In this document: positions 38,094-50,395 of the stretch, one piece after another | Numbering within the stretch: the first letter of the stretch is position 1 | How the letters are laid out: every line of letters begins with the position of its first letter | From: Ptychomitrium polyphyllum | Lineage: Eukaryota | Direction: 5' to 3' | DNA length: 64,000 bases | NCBI GenBank assembly: GCA_973851085.1 | Contig: OZ316776.1 | Location: forward strand, 8,618,001-8,682,000 | Notes under the pieces: generated by a model | What the model saw: the letters and a program-made list of their open reading frames with translations, nothing else | What the model was told of the DNA's origin: nothing | Databases searched by the model: none | Made by a program: the position numbers and the translations under genes

Positions 38094-41000
38094 TTTGGGT
38101 CCTACTCTAAATTGCCGAGTAAGAAATGTCCCTCAATCCTCTCCACTTGATGACCTTGAAACCTTCAATTAAACCGAAATTCATGTTCGTCAGAAGAAGA
38201 ATTTTCGTGTAAAGCTTGAGCATCACAGAATCATTGAAAACCCAACAGTACACGAAGCACGGAAGAAAGGAAGACCAAAAGACGAAGTCAAAGATGATTG
38301 GTTATCAATTGGGACACTTTCATTGATGTATTTGAAAATCATCAGAGTCCCCTGCAGTTCCATAGCCAGGAAGACACTCCTTTCCTGACAGATGGGGAGT
38401 AAAGCTGGCTATGGGCACATTGTTCCCACCTGATGAGCTGCTTCACTGCAACAGTTCTGGCTTCTCCTCTAACAATCCTGCGCTGCATCGAGAACTCACG
38501 ACTCCCCCTGGAGAGAATATCACACCATGCCTTGAGGTTAACCCCCTCCATCTGAACATCAACCAACTCTGCGTCGAGATGCAACAAGCGAAAGAAAGAA
38601 TTCAGTTCCATAAACCCACGAGTTCAAGCTAAACCCACTCTGTACTCACCCAATTCTAAACATCCATACCCACTACTAATCAATCATTGCGAGAGAAAAA
38701 CCTAAAATCTACCACACATGGTAGCAACAGCCACGTCTATTTCAATCAACTAAAATCAACTCTACGCCGTCCACACCATTCAACACCCATAGTACTCACC
38801 CAGCAAACCAAAGAAGTGTTCAAAACTGTGACCTTTACGCTGTCACCACATAAGTTGCAATCACCAACAACCACCCCAAGTAGCTACAACGTCACTGCGT
38901 GGAGATCCCATACCGGATGATGAAAGGAAGTCATGTGGATTCACAATCATCCATCAGTGCACAAGAGAAGTGATCAAAGCTGGCAGTGTGATGCTGCAGC
39001 AGGCTTGAGAGGGGCATGGTGTAGTGCATGCAAGGAAGTGGAAGGTGCTGCATTTAGAGTCCTCCATGCTTGGATGGTGTTTGAGGAGGGTGAAGAGGCG
39101 ACCGCTGTGAGTGTTGCTGCAGTGCATTGAGTGCATGGGAACATGGAAGCTGGAGAGGGTGACAAGTCAGACGAGACGTGGTGACACAGAATGGCCCTCT
39201 GGGATGACACTTGGCATTCGGAGCACCCCTGTCCGTGCACACTGTACCATCTCAGTCTGGCGCTTTTCCATTTTCTAGAATTTCATGCCAAGGATCCAAT
39301 TCCCCTACATTTATGCAAAGGCAAGCGCTTCGAAAATCGTCCTATTTTGCTCCTCATCATAATTCTTCTTATTCCTAAAATAACAAGGTTCACATATTGT
39401 TCATTAGTAGACTTTTTCAGAGGGATTCTAATGAATTAGAACTCGCATTTCTTTTTAATTCATTATTTATGCACTTTTGAAGTTTTTTTTAATAGTAGTT
39501 TATTATTGTCACTAAACACCATTAGGATTTGATATGTTTGGAATGGCTCCTTGAGGTAGCACATTAGTTAAATGAAAGATAATCCTACGTGGTTTTTGAG
39601 TTTTTTGTGTTGATGAAGTAAGTATAAATTATAGTTTTCTCATCCCTAATGGTATTTGAAGTGTTTTGTTAATCGTTACATGAAGCATCTCATACTTTGG
39701 TCACATTGATTACAACTTTTATTTTGATTAATTTAAAATTAATAGAATTTTTGTAGAGGTAAATGACAATCTTCCATACAAATCAAAGTTCTAGTACAAA
39801 TTATAATAATGTTTGTAATTGATAAAAAATGAATTTTATAATTGATTGATTATGTTAACTAATTTAATGTTGTAGAAGCATGGATTATATAGTCCATGTA
39901 TGTTATGTTTCTTTTTAATGCATTTATTGGTGCCCACTTTGATTTTATTGATTATATATGAATCCAATTTAATAGGGAATTTTTTTATAAATTAAATTAT
40001 TTTAATGAAAGCCAAAAATTGATGTGAATTTTTGAATTACTAGAAATTATACTAATTATAGTAGGTATACACTCACTACAATCAATATCATAGCAAGTTT
40101 TTTTCCTTAAAATAAGCTTTATCATTCTTGTTATAGGTTTATTTGTTGACTTTTTAGGTTGATTAATTGTAGTTTGTTATTACTACAATAGCTACCCTAA
40201 TTAATATTTCTTTTTGTTCATTTATCTTTTAAAAAAAATTACAAGTATTTAAGAAACTTTATTAAAATCATGCGTTATTGAATTTGAAAAAATATCTATT
40301 GAATATGAAGGAGATATTGAAAACTAATAAAAATAATTAAAGTTTCTAAAGGAATAAGTACATATTTTTCAATAACATAAAGTCATTTTATTAGAAGTGA
40401 ATATAATTTTGAAAATTTATAAATTCAAAAAATATGTCTATCAAATATCTCTTTCCAAAACCAACTTAATTACAATATTAAATTTTTACTTTAAATAAGT
40501 GAATAACATTTGTTACATATATAATTTGATTAATTACAATATGATATTTTAATAATGATGAAAAAATGATAAGTACAATAGCATTTGAATTTTTAATAAT
40601 AGAATGATTTATATTATAGATTGGTATTATGTTTGCATTTCCTTGTGTTAAAGCCAAATAGAAATTGAATAGATGAAAGATTGATACTCCAATTTCTTTA
40701 GAAGCTAAATATCATTTTCTAACACTTTAATCTATTGAAACTTTTAGAAGGCATCTGTAGTTCAATTTTAGTAGAATTTCAATTGCTCAATGCCACTTGT
40801 CAAATTTTAAAAACCAGTTTTAGACATTCATACAACATGATCTTTAAAGTTATAAGGCTTCATGGTTTCAATTATGATTCACATCATCTATCACAATTCT
40901 TCTATATACAATTATATAGTTGAATATTTCATATTACATTCCCATTTATACCTACCATACCAAAAAGACAATGAAACCTTAAAATTGAAAGAGTCTTGGC

Positions 41001-43232
41001 CCTTAAGAAATTAAGATAGAAAAAACTTGGAAGAATAAATTAAAAGATGAACATTAAAATGCTTTTAGGGTTTAAAAAATAATTAAAGTTTATATTAATG
41101 AACTTAAACTCCTCTACACAAGGATCAAAGGCAGCATCATTTTGCCAAATAACTAATATTTTCATAAAACAATATTTGACATGTTGAGTTTTCTTCCAAA
41201 CTTACAAAAAGGTCGTTTCTGAAAAGTGAATTCTATGTTTTGAGGCATTTGTCTTATGCCAAAACTGACGCTTGCATACAAGAAGTGAGGCTGTGGTCAA
41301 GATCATGGCAACTTCGAATTTCCACATCATTGTTTTCAGGTCTTAATCTATCAAATGATAACACCTGGTAGTTCTTTTCTAATTTTAACTTAGACGACGT
41401 CATCATCAGCTCTCAATTTGAATAAAAAGTATACTATACAGGAGATGGTTTACAGTAATCAGTCAAATTTCTGATCCTAACCCAAGCATGGTCCGAATCA
41501 ACACCCAAGTCAAACATTGCATCACGTCGGTCCATACAACTACACTGGAAATCAGTTTTGAAATAGTTTCATGAACCATTGAAAACATTCAGAAATCAAC
41601 CGTGTGGGAGTGAGTTTCGGGATCCAACAAACCTTCATAGGAATGCAGGTCAGCTAACTTTAGGATAAGAAACGTAACGCAGGCCCAGGTCATTGAATAC
41701 AAGTGTAAATTTTGCCAAAAGAACACATATTCTGCAATTCCAGTCAGAACCAAATATGACACAGTTCAATCCAACCTAGTACTATTGAATATTCTTGAGT
41801 GCCCTCTGCCCAGTCCATGCTTTCTGAAGTAAAATAAGAATCTATGAATAAAAATACAAGGTGCCCTACTTGGAGCTTCTGCCGCCAAGAGCGTCTAATT
41901 CTTGTTTTCTAGGGAAACCTACTACATTTGAAGACTAGCAGCTTTCCTCTTTAACATGTCCATTGCCTTTCCAGAGTGACTACCTGCCTCCAGCATCTCC
42001 ATCCAATATATTCTCAGCCTTCTACATCAGCTGCAAATTCTTCTCTATATAAGATTGAATCTAATGAGACAAATACTATTTTCAGATTCCAAGAACTTAG
42101 ATTATAAGACAAAACACGCAAATGAGAAGAGAAGTACGATTTGAAAGTCAGATATAATGATTAGTGGAACTACTTATCTTCAACCATTAACTTAATCAGC
42201 CCAGCGCATAAAATCAATATTCAAGTGAAGCACATTAACCGTAGTATTCGAGTATAGCAGACCAGGGGTTTCAGAAGAACGCAAGAGATAATGGACAAGG
42301 ATGACCACTAACAATGCTTACCTAATACAGTTGCTTAGAATCGGGAGCAGGAATAGGTCGCACTTTCACTATAGGTCTTTGACTGATTTGGCAGAGTTTG
42401 TTGTAGCTATTTGCCAATGTAGTTGACAATGGGCATCCCGAAAATTCGTGACTTCTGGTCACCAAGGGCGTTGCATATTTCTAAGATAATCCCTTATAAG
42501 CTCATTCACTATTTATACATAGACTCACTGTGACTGACCCTTAAGGTTCCGTCTGGCAATATGAGCTGGATTGATGGCTTCACAACATTCGGTAGCATAA
42601 GAAATTGGAACCATTGCATCTGAATCACGAAGAAAAATGCCACATCAGTTTCTGAAAACAAATACAACATATTTTTTAACATACTGTATTTATATACATT
42701 GCAATAAATTTGATACCATGAGAAAATATAAATGTACCTATAAATTGACTAAAACACTTCACCAAAGCCATGGCGGAACGAAGACCAAGGTGCAGAATCT
42801 AAGTCTCAGCACATGATCCGAAGAACCTCCCACCTCAAGTCGAAGTCACGAATTTTCAGGATGTCCATTGTCAACTAAACTTGCCGTGAAATCTCAATCC
42901 TTCTGGCCGCGAGAGAGCATTGATCCGACACCATATTCACCATTCAAAACCTGAGAGAACTTGCCTCTCACACACCTTGAATGAAATACTATAACTCACA
43001 ACCTTCTTCCTCTATTGATCAAAGCCTCATCGCAATTCAGCACGATTCTAACAGTATATAAATCCATAATACATCAAGCAACCTGATGACTGGCACTAAC
43101 ACTCCAACCCTAACAAAAATCGCTTTGCTCTGTGTTCTCTATCGACTTAAGCACCGATTCATAGCTTGTGGAAAACCGACTAAAATCTGTTATACAATGC
43201 CCTCGCAAATCAGGGACCGCCCACAAGGCTTC

Positions 43233-43763
43233 TCACAACGGAATATCTAGGGACGACGCCGACATCATGGCGGCAGCAAATTCAGGAAAACTGATCCTAC
43301 CATCACCGTCCAAATCAGCCTCCCGAATCAGAGTCCAGAGCTCTTTCACAGACAACGCCTGCCCAAGCTTAGCCATGGAATGAGCAAGCTCAGCCGCAGT
43401 GATAAACCCATTCCCGTCCCGATCGAACGCCCGGAACACCGTCAGCAACTCCTTGTCATTAAACGCCTCCGTCTTCACCAATTGCGACCCAACCAACGCA
43501 ACAAACTCCGTAAACTCAATCATCCCATTAGAGTTCGTGTCAGTCCGCTGCAAGACAGCATCCAGCTGGTGCTCATCCGGCTTCAATCCCAGCGACCGCA
43601 ACATCAACCCGAGCTCCAGTTCCGTAATGCTCCCGTCCTGATCCCTGTCAAACCGTGTAAAAATCTCCCTCAGCTCCGCCAGCTGCTCCTTGCAGAGAGT
43701 CAACCCGGCCACCACATACTCCCTCTCCACCTTCCCCGGACTCGACTCTGCAAGTGCCACCAT
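43233..43763 (-). CDS. CML: Calmodulin-like protein with 4 EF-hands (CML17/18-like), 176 aa, single exon
   Basis: EF loops DRDQDGSITELE, DTNSNGMIEFTE, DRDGNGFITAAE, DLDGDGRISFPE; ELAHSMAKLG motif. First in-frame ATG is at 43763 and an in-frame TAG lies upstream at 43886. Confidence 0.93.
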   Translation of the reverse strand: MVALAESSPGKVEREYVVAGLTLCKEQLAELREIFTRFDRDQDGSITELELGLMLRSLGLKPDEHQLDAVLQRTDTNSNGMIEFTEFVALVGSQLVKTEAFNDKELLTVFRAFDRDGNGFITAAELAHSMAKLGQALSVKELWTLIREADLDGDGRISFPEFAAAMMSASSLDIPL

Positions 43764-46319
43764 CGCTCCAACCTGATCAGCACTCTGAATGCTTACACTC
43801 TGAACATTAGATTCTCCTCCTCCCAACGTCAAGTCGCCTTTGAAAGCACCGGGCCCATCAATTGGCCTTCTATTCCCACTCTGCTACTCCGATCTGGTGC
43901 GAATCCGAGGCGATCTGATCGCCTGATGGCGCCCCAGTGGAGATCTCCTTGGGCCTTTCCCTCCATCGTTCTCGCTGTCGACGGCGCCGAACTCGGTTAC
44001 CGAAATTCCATATCTACCAAGTTGATTACTTGATCTACGAGTTTTCGCAAAGTGTCTTCATTTTATGCTGATTTCAGCATCTCTTTACTCCGCGTTTGTC
44101 GACATGCACGCGAGGGGTTGTGAGACTAAACCCCGAATCACGTAATAACGGAGATGCTTTGCAGCAGTAAATTCTACGGAGTTGCATGCCATTGGATTCT
44201 TGTAACTTCCTTGAGGGAGAGAAATCTTGGGATTATATCTATCTTTGTAAGATGTGGATCAATGATCAGCTGATTGTTCCTTTAATTGGGTATGCAAAGG
44301 AAGTGCTATTCCAATTTTCTACAACATCCTTCAATAGTTAGAGGAACAATAAACCTCTACATGGGAAACTCTTATATAGATTGGTAATAAAATAAAGAGA
44401 AAGCATGTGGTAGTTACTGTTGATAAATTATATTCATGAATGACTTCAAACTTCAACTCAAACGGAATGTTGGTGACGCCTAAAATTTGAAGTTTAATTA
44501 GAATATGGCATCCCTAGTATATTAGTGGTCTAAAATTCACTTAAAATACTAAATTTAGTAAAATATTGTTGAATGCTTGAAAGGCCTGCTCAACATAGAG
44601 TTAAGCCATTAATGTATAAATTGACTATTTCTAGGCAACCATAATCGTTGGCTACCACCATCGAAAGATTCTAGTACAAATCCTTTATCTTCCAATCAAT
44701 AACAAATTATGGGTGCAAAGCTTCTTCTCTCTGGTCACTAGGGGTGCACACGCCCTGGTCGTTTCCACTTACAAGCATTGTTCCATATGCTTGTGCACCA
44801 TGCTGATGACACTCTAATAATACCCTGCAATAGCAGTTGAGATCCGGATTGGACGGACTAGGCAAAATTAGGGAGAGGGTAGCTGGAGGTCTAGAGCATA
44901 ACAGTCTTCCCAGCTTCACTCCCAGGGTTCATGATGCACTGCAACCGGAACTATCGAACCAGCTTGAGGAAGAACTTGCTAGACGGTTCTGACTCAGGTG
45001 GTTCTGCAGTGATTTGTTGAGAGTTCCATCAACTGCAGTAGAAAGATTCTGAGGTTTAATGGCGGTTTAGTTCAACGGAAGTGCATGTTCAAGGAACAAT
45101 GATCTGGAATACATTTTACTGCGGGTTCCAGAAGCAAGGTATCGAGGTCGATTGTGTTGTATGTCGTTGGATGTTTCTGTATAAAGAGATATGAGAATCC
45201 GAAAGTGATTGTTGAAATTCTATAATTTGGCAGGCTCTGAGCTTTACTTGGTGGCTATGGGTGCTTAAGTTTCAGGGTTTGATGAATTGAAAACCGGTAG
45301 TATGTGTGTGATTTAAGGTTTTTGGGAACTTTTATTGAATCACTTGTTACTTGATTTGAAGCTGTTACTTGATCTGAATCTCGATGGCAAGAGATTCTGC
45401 CTTTAACATTGCACGATGGTTTTGTGGTTATGAATGCTTATTTACATTGGGGCATCCATGGGCTTGGAGGTCTGCTGAAATTGGCAGTGATGGGATACTA
45501 ACTGAGGTTTCTACTTGGATTGGAATCGGTATAAGGATTTTCCAGGTTGAAGAAAGCATTTGGAGAGGGTTGCAAATATGGAGATCTCCTTATCATGGCG
45601 ACTAGCAGCGCCACACTGATGACACTGCGCCTGTCACCTTCAATATTTCACCAGGTATGGCTCTAGAAGCCCAATCTATCTTGATGGTTTTTCTTTTTCA
45701 CTTCTTACGACCGGAAAATTTCCAGCGTTGAATTATGGTTCAAAAACTCTGACTTTTGTTGGGTAAAATTGACGTTGGGGATACATATCATTTGAAATCT
45801 TTAAGTACTGTAATGAGATCTGTCGAAAAGAACTGATGTCCCTGAGCTTGGCGCATCACCTTACTACTGCGGATATAAAGATCATTGATTTTCATGTTAA
45901 TTTTGTAGTTTTAACGAAGATCTGATGGAATGTACTGTCCAGTGGAGGGACAGAAAAATGCACGCACATCAGTACGGAGGCAACTGGGGTCAGGTTTCTT
46001 CAAGGAAAGTTTCAGTTCGGGCTCCGGGCTGCTTCAATAATACTTTCACACAGGGGAGATGCTGTAAGAGCAGGTTCGTGTAGATGGATTGAATTGGACA
46101 TACATGTATTTCTTTATTGCTTGACACTGTATAAGGCCATTTTTCTGAGTGATAAGAGGTTATTGTTTTCATACACTCCTGGTGCTGGTCGTTTTGCTGG
46201 GCTAGCGTAGTGAGCGTATCCGGAAGCTGCGACATCCAGAAGCGCAGGGCCAGGGTCTTCCTTCGAGGCCCCGCATTAAAACTCATCTGTTCTCGCGGTG
46301 GGGACACCCTCCCACGAGC

Positions 46320-49300
46320 CTCTGCCCGCCCGCCCGCTCCGGGCTGCTTCAATAATACTTTCCCACTGCCAGCAGAGCAGAGGAACTTCACCTGCAGCGC
46401 GTTCACCGAGCAGTCCTCTCGGCATCATCGAACTCCATCTGAGCAGTTTTTTCCAAACGCCCTTGCCCCGTCTCCTCCCCGCCGCCCTTGCACTGTCTCC
46501 TGTCTCCTCCCGCTAGCCAGAGCACTCTCTCCTCCCCGCCTCCCGCGCACTCTGAGTCCCTCCTGCGAGCGATGCCACTCCGACCCTTGGAGCAGCAGCG
46601 ACATTCTCCTCCCATTCTCCCATTCTGCGTGCATGCGATGCTTCACTGTGTGCTGCCGCCGCTGAGCGTTGGATATTATCCTTCTCAACACCTTCTTGTG
46701 TTGCAAATTGCTGCACACTCAATTGCAGCTTCCAACATTTCCAGAGAATGTCAACCCTTACATGCTGGAAGGCTTGACGTCAAAATACAATCTGTATGAA
46801 AGCAGAAAAACCCTTTTGCCTTAGATATCTAAACTACGTCAGTTTTAATATTTATATTTATGAGGTCAGTAAGTGAATTTTGATGTTTTCTTGCAAGCAT
46901 CCATGTGAAGAGTTCATGTGGCATGAGCTTAGTAGGGTCCAACAAAGAGTTTATTGATATGAAGATTTTGCTGTAGAAGTATGGAAGATTTTTGCAACAT
47001 ACCCTTAGTTTATGAAGGATTCCAAACCATTTGGATTTTAATGAGCCGTTGGAGGTTAAAACACCAAAAATAATATTGCCCTTATTTTAACATCCTTTTG
47101 GAAGGTGAAGATTGAAAAATGGGAAAGTTATTATAGAAATAAAACTTAATAAAAACAACTTCACTAAACACACAGCGTATATCATACATCATCTACATAC
47201 TATGCATTTTTTAAACTAGTATAGTTTTAATTTATTTTAATATTGGTATTATCTTTATGTTATTATGGGGTTTTCATTTCTATCTTATAATATAAGTGGC
47301 AATGTTTTTATGGTGATAAAAATCATAGGATTGCAACAAATTTAGTGGTCTATAAATCCAATAAGATTAAAAGCGGAAAAAAAAAAATTGTTACATTATA
47401 AAAGTTGATCTATTCTTAAGAGAAGATTCTTGGTAAGGTTTGTTTGAAGTATATTTTATTATTTGGCATGAACTAGCTCAAATTGTAAGAAAGCCATATT
47501 GATGGATATAACTTATCTTACAACAAATTTGCTAATAATAATGCTCTGATTAATCAAAAATTTCAATACAAACCTTAAATGTTATAAAAGATGAATTTTT
47601 TAATTCAAACAAAAGTGAACTAAAAATTTCAAACTTCAAGAGATTTTAGAAGAATATTTTAAAACAACCAAAGCTTAAATAAATCTCAAAAGAAAAAATT
47701 AATATGATATATGATAATTGTCTAAAGATGTCAAATCTTTTAAATATTGCCAAAAAATGGTACACAATGCCATTCAAATTTAATATTTCATGAGAAGCAT
47801 TAGCTATATCTAATAGAAGTTTTATCTAGGCATTTAACTTTTATAGTAGCAAAAGAAAATGTATAACTTTCAATTATAGTAGTATTATTGTATGTCATTC
47901 CAAATTTGGTACCAATAAATACAAATTAGATATTTTCATTTTTATTCTATCATTTATCTAAATATTCTTTATCACAATGTATTTTTTTTTAAAATTCTAA
48001 TTTCATTTTCTAATGGTAATTGAAGAATACTTTTGTTTACTTTTATAATATTGATTCATTTAAAATGGCATTCATGTGCAACAAATCATCACTAGCAACG
48101 CAAAACCATTAGATATGGTAGTATGGTTAATTGATGTTAAAAAAAAGATGCTTATAATGAAAAAAGATTAAAAATCAAATGCTTCTGTAGTAAATAATAA
48201 TGATGTAGAAACCAATGCCATTTGACAAGTTGGAAGAGTAAAATATTGTATTTATTCTTCTTTGCTTATTTCATGTAGTTTTTACAAAATATATCAAATT
48301 ATATTGTGTAATTAATGGACTAAAAAACATACTTTCATATGGCTTATAGCATTGAATAGGAAGCATTAATTGCTATCATATTTTATTTATAATATATGAA
48401 ATGGTGTTGATTTAACCACCTTATCAAAAAATGTGTTCAATAAAGAAGTGAGGCATGATACTATGTGTAGACTGGAAAAAATGATGTATATAATTTAAGA
48501 TGTAAGATTTGCAAAGATCATTAAAAAAAGTCAAATTCATTCAATATTTTTATGTCTATATAGATGGCTATATTGAATAAATTATAATTTTATACCTTTG
48601 TCAATTTTTTGTTATACATATTTTTTTTGTTTTATTCTTCTGAAATGAATGTATGCTTTTGAAGAATATTAAAATATAACATTTTTTATAATACATATGT
48701 GTACTCTTATTATTTATTTATTTATTATTAATTGTTATTTTTATATTTCATAAAAATATGGACAAAAGCTACACTTTAATATTCTAATGTAGAATAGGAT
48801 ATTAATTCTATTATTAAACTTTTTGTGATGGCTTCATGAAGCAAATGCAATTTCTTAATAAAAACACTTTGAAGCCTAAAAAGACGCATTAATTAATTTG
48901 GATTCTTATTATAGACCTTGAAAAGTTAAATTTACCTTTAAAATGTATAGAAGGTGTTCTTACAATATAATATCAAAAAGTAGAGAAATTAACATGAATG
49001 ATGTCATAATTCTTGACAAAACATTAAAAGCTATTGTTTAGTACAAAATTGGCTTCTTGCACATGTACAAAAGTATGCCAAGTAAATATATATATATAAA
49101 CATATTTTGCAAGCTTTGAACAATTTTATTCAATGCCATCTAAGACCAATTAGTATTTCATTAACTCTCCTTTATTAAATAGATGCCTTATGTCATCAAC
49201 AAATAAGATAAAGTTAGTGACAAAAGAATGACTAGTCATTGAAAGAATAATTTGATTGCATCTAAAGATTTAAAAGTTTCATGTTGATTTATAAAAAATG

Positions 49301-50395
49301 AAGGAATCCTATCAAAGTAAATTTTGCACCCATTTGATTCATTAACAAAGGTCATTGATGATTGAAGTACTTCAATTGAAAGAAGGAAGCTACATGTAAA
49401 ACATGTATGTAAAAAGAAAAAATAAAACATTTCATTTTTTTATTAAAAAAGATGTTGCACATATATTTAATAGTTTTGATTTTTTTGCACAAAGTAGCTC
49501 TTGGTTAAGTATTCAATGAAAACTTAAAAAACGAATTATCATTTGAAATGTATCATGTATTTTTGAGTAATTATATTCTTACAAAGAGAACTTTTAAAGT
49601 GATATAATAGAATTGAAATTATTCCAACGGATTGTATTTATTAGTTCAAAATACTTTGATTTATTTTAAAGCATTTTAAATAAGACATTATTTACTACAT
49701 ATTAGACTTATCCGCTTAATAGAACTCCTCATCTTGTGTTCTCATAATGTATTATCAATAAACAATAACTCTCGACAATTTACAACATTAGATTTAAGGC
49801 ACTCCCAATTTAAAAGAGTAATTGAAGAAACTTTAGATAGTGAAGTTAAATAAAGAGTTAGCTTGAAGAAACTTGGCTTACTTTGAAGAGGTTCAGAGTT
49901 TGAAGCTCCCGAAGCACGCCCCATCAGTGCAGAAGGTCCTCTCTCGTCCATTAAATCACACTCTAAAATACGCTTTTACTCATTTTCGTGGCAAAAATGA
50001 GTTTCTATCAGCGTTTTGCAAAACCTCCCTCTTTGAGAAAGACTAAACAAGTAACTCTCTGCAAGTGACTCTGAACCTGCTGTGAAAATAGAAGTTATCG
50101 CATCAGTAAGCTATAATTGATTTCGAAGACTGGGAAAGGACTGCATTGCAAACCAAGGGTTACAGAATGAATACCTTCATTATCCTTAAAATTTGAGAAA
50201 ATCCAAGAAACCAAATCTACCGTGAAAAAAACAATGTACAAGCATTTTCTTTTTGTTTTGCAAAGGGACTCAGAGTGCGCAGCAGGAGGGGAGGAGAGGG
50301 CGACGGTGCCAGGACGACTGGCACTGAGCTCACTCCTGGAGAAGTTCCCCTGCCCTGCGAGCAAAGGTCCGGAAGGCTGGGCGGTTAGGCGGAGA
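46320..50395. repeat. Diverged inverted repeat: GC-rich block 46320-46560 matches the reverse complement of 50272-50395
   Basis: ctctcctccccgcctcccgcgcactctgagtccct versus the reverse complement ctctcctcccctcctgctgcgcactctgagtccct; gaagttcctctgctctgctggca (rc) versus gaagttcccctgccctgcgagca. Translations agree (RDSECAGGGEER vs RDSECAAGGEER). Confidence 0.75.

Noticed and set aside
43380..44033. 217-aa plus-strand ORF overlapping the CML
   Set aside because: Antisense shadow of a GC-rich CDS; no recognisable motif.
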